A DNA stretch of 64,000 nucleotides from an uncultured Muribaculaceae bacterium (lineage in GTDB: Bacteria; Bacillota_I; Bacilli_A; RF39; UBA660): NCBI GenBank assembly GCA_964370475.1, contig CAYJJI010000005.1:1840-65839 (forward strand), in the 5' to 3' direction. Made by a program: the position numbers and the translations under genes. The notes beneath the pieces are model-generated. The model was not told the DNA's origin and made no database searches. It worked only from the letters and a program-made list of their open reading frames with translations. Each line of letters starts with the position of its first letter. Positions within the stretch are counted from its first letter, which is position 1. This document shows positions 56,589-64,000 of this stretch, one piece after another.

Positions 56589-57338
56589 ATGGAATATGAG
56601 TTAAGATTTTTAGAATTATTTGGTTTTAAATTAGTAGAAAAAAGTGATATAAGTTGGTCTATAGTTGATTCTAATGATGAATTAGTAGGTAGTATAACTT
56701 ATGTTAGAGATGGTAAGTTATTTAAGTATATTACTATTATTAACAGTGAAAAAATAACTTTTTATAAAGACAGAGTTGATAGTAGTAGTGTTACAAGTTA
56801 TTTTTTCACTGTTAAAGGTTTGGAAGATAAGAATGTTGAATTAGATGTTAATGATGGATTATATGTTAAAGTAGTAGATAATACTAATTTCTTATGTATT
56901 AGTTTTTGTTTGAGAACTTTAAATGTTAGATGTGGTAGTGAAGTTTTAATGTTTAGTCAGGATGAGGCGAACTATAATAGTTCTTATACTTGTAATTATG
57001 AGACTGAATCGAAAATAATTAATATAGATGCTATAAGTAATAATAATTCTTTTAAAGTTACTGTTAGTAATACGGATAATCAATTACCATATAAGTGGAC
57101 TACACGTATTTTATTACCTTCATCTTTAGATGAAGTTATTGATAATGAAGAGAGTGGAGTTTTATTAGTTGATAAGGTTTATAATTCTATTGATGAAATA
57201 ATTCCTTTTAGTGATGGTTGTTTTGAACGTTTAGTTAAAAGAGAGCTTAATGAATTTGATGCAGGAGCTTGTGCTTTATTTAAGAGTATAAGTAGTAAAA
57301 GAAAAAATATGAGGTTGCTAGCAAGCAAGGAGAAGTAA
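56589..57338 (+). CDS. hypothetical protein, tandem paralogue A
   Basis: The start is refined to MEYELRFLELFGF, which matches the paralogue's N-terminus. No signal peptide and no known motifs. Confidence 0.5.
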   Translation: MEYELRFLELFGFKLVEKSDISWSIVDSNDELVGSITYVRDGKLFKYITIINSEKITFYKDRVDSSSVTSYFFTVKGLEDKNVELDVNDGLYVKVVDNTNFLCISFCLRTLNVRCGSEVLMFSQDEANYNSSYTCNYETESKIINIDAISNNNSFKVTVSNTDNQLPYKWTTRILLPSSLDEVIDNEESGVLLVDKVYNSIDEIIPFSDGCFERLVKRELNEFDAGACALFKSISSKRKNMRLLASKEK

Positions 57339-57345
57339 GATAATT

Positions 57346-58098
57346 ATGGAATATGAATTAAGATTATTTGGAATGTTTGGTTATACCATTGTTCCAAATG
57401 GTCATATTGAATGGTTTGTTTTTGATAATAAAGGTAATCATGTTGGAAGAATTGAGTATGTTAATATTTCTAATAATAAATATGGGTATAAAGTAGATGT
57501 TAATAGTAATGATTTATTAATATCTTATACTAGAGATGAAGTTGATACTGATTTATTTTTTAAGTATATATGTATTAAGAGAAGTAATAAGCTATGTGGA
57601 TTTAGCATTAAGTTAGATAAAACTTTAGGTATTTGTTATAGTAGTGAAAGTGGGAGTTATATTAATTTAATTATTAATCCTGGAAAAGAAATCAAAGTTA
57701 GTATTGATAATGAATTAGTAGAACTTAATGAGGCTTTAGTTAATAATATTAATTATTTAAAGTATAAATATTCTAAAGATAGTAATAGTTTTTCTTTATA
57801 TAATGATAGAGAATATTTAGGATATAGAGTTTGTAGATGTGTTGAGACTAAGAGTATTAAGAATTATTCTAAGTGTGATGATATCAATGATGAAATCATT
57901 AAACATAATAAGGGAATTAGTATTGTAGAGAGAGTATATAATATATTAAATGATGAGATTCCTTTTATTAGTGAATATTTATTTTCTTTATTAGATTTAA
58001 AACTTAATTGTTTTAATACTGATACGGTTCATTTATTATTTAATTCTTTGAGTGAGAAGAAAAATTTAATGAGAAATCTTAGTGGGAGATTTGAATAA
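57346..58098 (+). CDS. hypothetical protein, tandem paralogue B
   Basis: It begins MEYELRLFGMFGYTIV after an AGGAGAAG RBS. Its length, the ...YV(R/N) block and the C-terminal ...LxSKxKNxxRxLxx motif are shared with paralogue A. Confidence 0.5.
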   Translation: MEYELRLFGMFGYTIVPNGHIEWFVFDNKGNHVGRIEYVNISNNKYGYKVDVNSNDLLISYTRDEVDTDLFFKYICIKRSNKLCGFSIKLDKTLGICYSSESGSYINLIINPGKEIKVSIDNELVELNEALVNNINYLKYKYSKDSNSFSLYNDREYLGYRVCRCVETKSIKNYSKCDDINDEIIKHNKGISIVERVYNILNDEIPFISEYLFSLLDLKLNCFNTDTVHLLFNSLSEKKNLMRNLSGRFE

Positions 58099-58154
58099 CT
58101 TATTGTTAAGTTATTCTTTTTTTGGTATTATATTAATAATAAAGGGTGATTATA

Positions 58155-60614
58155 ATGGCTAATGTGGAGAAACATTTTCAAATAAATTTTCAAGCTGGGG
58201 TAGCTAAAGAAGGATGTATTATTAAAGGTGATAAGTTTAGAATCACTGTTTTAAGTGAAATATTAATTCGTCTTGAATATAGTGAGGATAATACTTTTTT
58301 AGATAAACCAACTGAATTTGCTTTATCTCGTGATTTTGAAGTACCTAAATTTAGAGTTGATGAAGATAATAAGTTTATTGTAATTACTACTAGTTACTTT
58401 ACTTTAGAGTATGTAAAAGGTAAACCGTTTATTGGTCCTAAGTATGCTCCTGATGCTAATTTGAAAATTAGTTTAAATGATACTGATAAACAATGGTATT
58501 TTGGTCACCCAGAAGCTAGGAATTTTTATGGAGTATTAAATCATTTAGATAAGACTCCTAACCCTAATGATCAACTTAATGTGGAAAATTTAAAAAATAA
58601 AGTTAAGGAAGTAGTTGTTAAAAATAAAGGGTTATATTCTACTGATGGGTTTGTATCTTTTGATGATTCTAAATCTTTTGTTATAGAAGAAGATGGTTCT
58701 TTAAATAGAGATAGGCTTAATAATTTAGATACTTATGTATTTCTATATAAAAGGGATTTTGGTTTATGTTTGAGAGATTATTTTAAATTAACTGGTTCTC
58801 CAGCTATGATACCTAGATATGCTCTTGGGATTTGGTGGCAAAAGAATGAGATGTATTCTTTTAATGATATTAAAAATTTAATTAATGATTTTTCTAAAAA
58901 TGATATTCCTCTTAGTACTTTGTTATTAGGAGAGTATTGGCATCAAAAAGATAAAACTAATTTAAGTAGATATCGTAGTGGTTTTGCTTTTAATGGGGAA
59001 TTATTTGCTGATCCAAGAGCTTTTAGTACTTATTTGCATGATAGAGGAATTAAATTGGGAGTTAATATTGATCCTCATGAAGGAGTTTTTACTCATGAAC
59101 CTAAGTATAATGAGATGGCTTTGGAACTGGGAATTAATACTAAGATGACTATTCCTTTTAATATGTATGATTTGAATTTTGTTAATTTGTATTTTCAAAA
59201 ACTTATTATACCTTTATATAATTATGGAGTAGATATGTTTTGGATAGATTATTATAATCCTAAAGATAAGATGACTATGGATTTACTTAATTATTATCAT
59301 TTTAATGATTATAAGAGATTTAATAATCAAAGGGGTTTAATACTTAGTAGACCTAATGATTTAGCTCCTCATAGATATCCTATTCATTTTTCTGGTGAAA
59401 CTGTTGTTAGTTGGAATACTTTAGCTAGTTTACCTTTTTATAACAATACTAGTTGTAATATAGGACTATCTTGGTGGAGTCATGATATTGGTGGATTTAA
59501 AGATGGGGTTGAAGATTCTGAGTTATATACTAGATATGTTCAATTAGGAACATTTAGTCCAATATTTAGATTTGCATCGGATATGGGTAAATACTATAAG
59601 AGGGAACCATGGAGATGGGATAGTAAGACTTTAAATATAGTTAAGGGTTATTGTCTTTTAAGACATCGTTTAATCCCTTATTTATATAGTGAAGGGTATA
59701 AGTATCATAAAGCTCATATACCTGTTGTTAAGCCTTTATATTATAGTGTTCCTGATTTATATGATGAACCAATATATCGTAATGAGTATTTTTTTGGTAG
59801 TGAGTTATTAGTAGCTCCTATAACTGTACCTAATGATATTGTAATGAATCGTTCTATTCATAGATTGTATCTTCCTGAAGGTACTTGGTATGATTTTAAT
59901 ACTGGTAAGAAATTTCAAGGAAATAAAAGATTTATAGCTTTTTATAAACATGATGAATATCCTGTTTTTGCTAAGAGTGGTTCTATAATACCTTTAGCTA
60001 TTAACGATAATATAAATAGTACTAGTGTGCCTAAAGATATGGAAGTTCATGTATTTCCTGGAAAGAGTAATGTTTATAATTTGTATGAGGATGATGGTAA
60101 TAGCAAATTGTTTAATGAAGGATATTATATTGTTACTAGATTTGATTATAATTACTTAGCTAATAATTATACATTGATTATTCGTCCTGTTGAAGGTAAG
60201 AGTGGAATAATTCCTGAATTTAGAAATTACAAAATAAGATTTAGAAATACTAGAATGGCGCAAGATGTTATTGCAATGGTGCAAGAAGTTAAATATGAAG
60301 TTAAGTCTTATGTAGATAATAATGATTTTATAGTTGAGGTTAGTAATGTACCTACAATTTCTCAGTTAACGATAAATTGTAAGGGTACTGATATTGAAAT
60401 AGATGCTATTAGAATTATAAATGAAGATATAGATGGAATATTAAATGACTTAAAGATTAAAACTACTTTAAAAGAAGAGATTGCTAGTATTATATATAGT
60501 GATATGAATTTTAATAAGAAAAAGGTTGAGATTAGAAAGTTAAGTAAGAAGGGATTAGATTCTATATTTATTAGAATGTTTATTAGATTGATAGAGTTTA
60601 TATCAGGAATTTGA
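58155..60614 (+). CDS. glycoside hydrolase family 31 (alpha-glucosidase/alpha-xylosidase-like)
   Basis: GH31 signatures YGVDMFWIDY (nucleophile region) and LSWWSHDIGGF (acid/base region). ATG at 58155 after an AAAGGGTGA RBS. Confidence 0.75.
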   Translation: MANVEKHFQINFQAGVAKEGCIIKGDKFRITVLSEILIRLEYSEDNTFLDKPTEFALSRDFEVPKFRVDEDNKFIVITTSYFTLEYVKGKPFIGPKYAPDANLKISLNDTDKQWYFGHPEARNFYGVLNHLDKTPNPNDQLNVENLKNKVKEVVVKNKGLYSTDGFVSFDDSKSFVIEEDGSLNRDRLNNLDTYVFLYKRDFGLCLRDYFKLTGSPAMIPRYALGIWWQKNEMYSFNDIKNLINDFSKNDIPLSTLLLGEYWHQKDKTNLSRYRSGFAFNGELFADPRAFSTYLHDRGIKLGVNIDPHEGVFTHEPKYNEMALELGINTKMTIPFNMYDLNFVNLYFQKLIIPLYNYGVDMFWIDYYNPKDKMTMDLLNYYHFNDYKRFNNQRGLILSRPNDLAPHRYPIHFSGETVVSWNTLASLPFYNNTSCNIGLSWWSHDIGGFKDGVEDSELYTRYVQLGTFSPIFRFASDMGKYYKREPWRWDSKTLNIVKGYCLLRHRLIPYLYSEGYKYHKAHIPVVKPLYYSVPDLYDEPIYRNEYFFGSELLVAPITVPNDIVMNRSIHRLYLPEGTWYDFNTGKKFQGNKRFIAFYKHDEYPVFAKSGSIIPLAINDNINSTSVPKDMEVHVFPGKSNVYNLYEDDGNSKLFNEGYYIVTRFDYNYLANNYTLIIRPVEGKSGIIPEFRNYKIRFRNTRMAQDVIAMVQEVKYEVKSYVDNNDFIVEVSNVPTISQLTINCKGTDIEIDAIRIINEDIDGILNDLKIKTTLKEEIASIIYSDMNFNKKKVEIRKLSKKGLDSIFIRMFIRLIEFISGI

Positions 60615-60666
60615 CAATTAGTTTTATTTATGATATTATTTTCTTCGGCTTTTTAAGGGGGAAAAA

Positions 60667-61113
60667 ATGAAAAGTTTTAAAAAATTAGGGATTAAGGAAT
60701 TTGGTTCTTTAATTACAGCTGCTTCGATAGTATTTACTATGAGTGGTTGTAGTTTAAATAAAAATGATAATTTATTAGAAGGTACAGTTTTAGATGATAC
60801 TAAAATTATTACAATGAGTGGTAAAACTGCTGTATTTGAAAAAGTATATTGTGATGGAGTAGATTGTGGTAATGGTTTTGGTCATGATCACTATATTGAA
60901 TTTTATTCTAGATATGAAATGACAAATAGTGAAAAATGTGATGATGAATCGGTTTTTAAAACTGATGAATTAAATATACATAATTTGTATTCATGGCTTA
61001 CTGAAGCACAATTAATAGAGTTATACTCTGGATCTTTTGATAATGATGATGCTTTAGATGTTATAAGTGCAGTGTATGATTCTAATAAAGCTAAATCATT
61101 AACATTAGGTTAA
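60667..61113 (+). CDS. lipoprotein, hypothetical
   Basis: Strong RBS (AAGGGGGA). Signal peptide with lipobox MSGCSLN. Confidence 0.55.
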   Translation: MKSFKKLGIKEFGSLITAASIVFTMSGCSLNKNDNLLEGTVLDDTKIITMSGKTAVFEKVYCDGVDCGNGFGHDHYIEFYSRYEMTNSEKCDDESVFKTDELNIHNLYSWLTEAQLIELYSGSFDNDDALDVISAVYDSNKAKSLTLG

Positions 61114-61155
61114 TAAATACTTGATTATTTAATTATTATTATGTATAATCTTATT

Positions 61156-61338
61156 AACGAAGAAGAAAGAGTAGTAATTAGTGAATTTTTAAAGAGAGAT
61201 AGTGGTGGTGTGAACTATTAAATGAAGCTAATGAATTAACTTTTGGAGTTTAAGAGGGTAATTCCTATATAGATTAAGAGTTATAATTAAGGTGGTACCA
61301 CGGCAATTTCGTCCTTAGCGAAATTGTCGTTTTATTTT
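61156..61338 (+). ncRNA. T-box leader (tRNA-sensing riboswitch) preceding a small ORF and leuS
   Basis: Promoter TTGATT, 17 nt spacing, then TATAAT at 61121..61149. The leader contains AGAGAGATAGTGGTGGTG and the conserved T-box sequence AATTAAGGTGGTACCACGG. A terminator stem CGGCAATTTCG...CGAAATTGTCG plus T-run follows immediately. Confidence 0.65.
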
Positions 61339-61348
61339 GGAGGTTTTT

Positions 61349-61717
61349 ATGGAATATATGGTTATGTTTGCAGTGATATTTTTTATAGTTTCTATTTTGT
61401 ATTATATTTTACTTAGAGTATTAAATAAGAAAAAGAAATTAAAAGATATTAAGGAGATTATGTTTTTAGTACTTAAGTATAATCTTGATATTAAAAAATT
61501 AAAAAAGAATAATATATTTTTTGTGATGGCGTTAATTAATAGTTTTATTATATCGTTAGTTTCAATGATTATTATGTTAGTTCCTTTTGATAATTATATA
61601 TTTATATTATTAGGTTTTTCATTAGGATTTGTAATATTGTTATTAATGATATATGCGTGTTATGAAATATATGGAAGATTTTTAAATGAAAGATATGGAG
61701 TGGATAAGAATGAATGA
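61349..61717 (+). CDS. small membrane protein encoded between the T-box leader and leuS
   Basis: ATG 5 nt after GGAGG. It has three hydrophobic helices and its stop overlaps the leuS start. Confidence 0.45.
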   Translation: MEYMVMFAVIFFIVSILYYILLRVLNKKKKLKDIKEIMFLVLKYNLDIKKLKKNNIFFVMALINSFIISLVSMIIMLVPFDNYIFILLGFSLGFVILLLMIYACYEIYGRFLNERYGVDKNE

Positions 61718-64000
61718 GAATTATGTAAGTAAGTGGCAAGGTATTTGGAAGAATGGTAAATACTTTAATGCACTTAATGAAAGTGATAAAGAAAAATATT
61801 ATATATTAGTAGAATTCCCATATCCTAGTGGATCTGGATTACATGTTGGACATGTTAGAAGTTATACCGCTTTAGATGCTATGGCTCGTTTGAAGAGAGC
61901 TATGGGATTTAATGTTTTATTTCCTATGGGATGGGATGCTTTTGGTGCTCCTGCGGAGCAATATGCCATTAAGAATAAAATTCATCCTAAGGATGCTGTT
62001 GTTGAAAATATTAAGACTTTTAAAGGTCAAATAGAGAGTTTAGGACTTAGTTTTGATTGGAGTAGAGAATTTTCAACAACTGATCCTGAATATTATAAAT
62101 GGACACAATGGCAATTTTTGAAGTTTTATGAAGCTGATATGGCTTATAAGGCGATGAAGGAAATAAATTGGTGTGATACTTGTAAGACTGGGTTATCTAA
62201 TGAAGATGCTGAGGGTGGAGTATGTGAGAGATGTGGTAGTAAAACTACTAAAGTGGAAAAGTCTCAATGGATGCTTAGAATGAAGGATTATGCTGAAGAG
62301 CTACTTGATGGATTAGATGATACTGATTTTATGGAGAAAATAAAAGTAGCTCAAGTTAATTGGATTGGTAAGAGTGCTGGTGCTGAAGTTGATTTTTCTA
62401 TTAAAGGTACTAATGATTATTTGAAAGTTTTTACTACTAGAGCAGATACTTTGTATGGTGTAACTTTTATGGTTATATCACCTGAACACAGTTATTTAGA
62501 TAAGTATAAGGATTCTATTAACAATTATGATGAAATTGTTAGTTATCAAAATCTTGCTAAGAGTAAGACTGAAATTGAAAGAACTGATGCTACTCGTGAG
62601 AAGAGTGGTGTATTAATTGATGGATTGGTTGCAATCAATCCGATTAATGGGGTAGAGATTCCAATATTTGTTAGTGATTATGTACTTATTAATTATGGTA
62701 CTGGAGCTATTATGGCGGTTCCTGCTCATGATACTAGAGACTATGAATTTGCTACTAAGTATAATATAGATATAATACCTGTTATAGATAACGGGGATAA
62801 TGAATTACCATATGTTGGGGATGGATTACATATCAATAGTGACATAATTAATGGTTTTGGTAAGGAAGATGGAATTAATAAAATTATTGAGTTTTTAGAG
62901 TCTAAATCTATTGGAAAGAAAACTGTTAATTATAAGTTACAAGATTGGGTTTTTTCTCGTCAAAGATTCTGGGGAGAACCTATTCCAATAATTGATTGTC
63001 CTCATTGTGGATATGTTCCTGTTCCTGAGAATGAATTACCAGTGGTATTACCAGATGTAGCTAAATATGAACCTACTGATAATGGTGAGAGTCCTTTAGC
63101 TAATATAGATGAATGGGTTAATGTAACATGTCCTAAATGTGGAATGGATGCTAAGAGGGAAACTGATACAATGCCTAACTGGGCTGGTTCTAGTTGGTAT
63201 TGGTTACGTTATATGGATCCTCATAATGATAAAGAATTTGTATCAATGGATGCTCTTAAATATTTTGGAATGGTAGATTACTATAATGGTGGTATGGAAC
63301 ATGCTACTAGACATTTATTATATGCAAGATTTTGGAATCAATTTTTATATAAACAAGGATTAGTACCTAATAGTGAACCGTTCAAAAAACGTGTTGCTCA
63401 TGGAATGATTCTTGGAGATAATGGCGAAAAGATGAGTAAGAGTCGTGGAAATGTTATTAATCCTGATGATATGGTACGTGAATATGGTGCTGATGCACTT
63501 CGTGTATATGAAATGTTTATTGGTGATTATGAAGCTGATGTTTCTTGGAGTGAGAATGGTCTAAAGGGATGTAAAAGATTTTTAGATAGAGTTACTCGTT
63601 TAGGAGCTAAGCTTAATGATAAAAGTGGATATTCTAATGAAATAATTATTAATCAAACTATTAAAAAAGTAACTAATGATATATTAGTTATGAAGTATAA
63701 TACTGCAGTATCTGCATTAATGATATTACTTAATGAGTTAGATAAGTTAGAATCAGTTACTAGAGAAGATTATAGATGTTTGTTACAATTACTTAATCCT
63801 ATTGCTCCTCACATAACTGAGGAATTGAACGAAATTTATGGACTTGGTAAGATGTTTGTTGAAAGTGAATGGATTTCTTGGGATGAATCAAAGACTGTTT
63901 TAGATACTAAAGAAATAGGTGTTCAAGTAAATGGTAAGTTAAGAGCTAGTATAGTAATTAATATTAATGATTCTGAGGATACAATAAAAGAGATGGCTTT
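61710..64000 (+). CDS. leuS: leucyl-tRNA synthetase, 3'-truncated at the window edge
   Basis: The class I HIGH motif reads PYPSGSGLHVGH. A Zn-binding CDTC...CERCGS cluster, a CP1-like region and a KMSKS-like MSKSRGN motif are present. Confidence 0.9.
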   Translation, partial: MNENYVSKWQGIWKNGKYFNALNESDKEKYYILVEFPYPSGSGLHVGHVRSYTALDAMARLKRAMGFNVLFPMGWDAFGAPAEQYAIKNKIHPKDAVVENIKTFKGQIESLGLSFDWSREFSTTDPEYYKWTQWQFLKFYEADMAYKAMKEINWCDTCKTGLSNEDAEGGVCERCGSKTTKVEKSQWMLRMKDYAEELLDGLDDTDFMEKIKVAQVNWIGKSAGAEVDFSIKGTNDYLKVFTTRADTLYGVTFMVISPEHSYLDKYKDSINNYDEIVSYQNLAKSKTEIERTDATREKSGVLIDGLVAINPINGVEIPIFVSDYVLINYGTGAIMAVPAHDTRDYEFATKYNIDIIPVIDNGDNELPYVGDGLHINSDIINGFGKEDGINKIIEFLESKSIGKKTVNYKLQDWVFSRQRFWGEPIPIIDCPHCGYVPVPENELPVVLPDVAKYEPTDNGESPLANIDEWVNVTCPKCGMDAKRETDTMPNWAGSSWYWLRYMDPHNDKEFVSMDALKYFGMVDYYNGGMEHATRHLLYARFWNQFLYKQGLVPNSEPFKKRVAHGMILGDNGEKMSKSRGNVINPDDMVREYGADALRVYEMFIGDYEADVSWSENGLKGCKRFLDRVTRLGAKLNDKSGYSNEIIINQTIKKVTNDILVMKYNTAVSALMILLNELDKLESVTREDYRCLLQLLNPIAPHITEELNEIYGLGKMFVESEWISWDESKTVLDTKEIGVQVNGKLRASIVININDSEDTIKEMA

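Noticed and set aside
59001-59198. 65-aa minus ORF inside the GH31 gene
   Set aside because: It is antisense to the GH31 catalytic region.
1-64000. Search for mobile elements, integrases, CRISPR arrays and rRNA/tRNA genes
   Set aside because: No transposase or integrase-like ORFs, no regularly spaced direct repeats outside coding regions, and no rRNA-like or obvious tRNA-like sequences were seen. A dedicated tRNAscan or IS search was not possible here.

Overview
This window is a very AT-rich stretch of what looks like a low-GC Gram-positive chromosome. Long ORFs read with the standard genetic code, TAA stops predominate, and genes are preceded by GGAGG-like ribosome-binding sites. Strong A/U-rich hairpin terminators are common, and lipoprotein lipoboxes, BspA-type leucine-rich repeats and Mycoplasma DUF285 repeats all occur. 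That fits a Mollicutes-related Firmicute such as the Erysipelotrichia, but this is inference only. I saw no rRNA, tRNA, CRISPR array, transposase or integrase. Gene density is high and most genes are on the + strand.

Recognisable content, in order:
- a heterodimeric ABC exporter pair;
- an APH-like kinase;
- two consecutive proteins built from ~35-aa mTERF-like repeats, which is very unusual for a bacterium;
- a GNAT acetyltransferase;
- a zur-znuACB zinc-uptake operon with a palindromic operator and a His-rich ZnuA;
- a 1268-aa surface protein with about 12 tandem Ig-like repeats, followed by two small envelope proteins;
- a pduL-like gene followed by a complete agmatine deiminase pathway cluster with a duplicated antiporter;
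- a lemA-TPM pair, a CDF transporter, an RNHCP zinc-ribbon protein, and a minimal SufC/SufBD pair;
- a cluster with no signal peptides: a three-domain Cna-B/carboxypeptidase-regulatory-like protein, two Cys-rich proteins that share a novel helical domain, and an ORF that apparently lacks a canonical start codon;
- three membrane-anchored paralogues with formylglycine-generating-enzyme (FGE) signature motifs (one alone, two in tandem), with signs of gene conversion and a codon-usage shift;
- a DUF285/PARCEL-repeat surface protein, and the DEAD-box helicase cshA;
- a vanY-like carboxypeptidase and an OmpR/histidine-kinase two-component system, each preceded by the same direct-repeat/terminator/-10 cassette, followed by a yfhO/csbB/gtrA teichoic-acid glycosylation trio;
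- a membrane-anchored XRE regulator with thioredoxin-like, ASCH and ASST-like genes;
- a radical-SAM gene, a BspA-type LRR surface protein, two tandem unknown paralogues, and a GH31 glycosidase;
- a T-box leader driving a small membrane ORF translationally coupled to leuS.

The strongest candidates for something undescribed are the bacterial mTERF-repeat proteins (3533..6232) and the cysteine-rich cluster (27090..30103).
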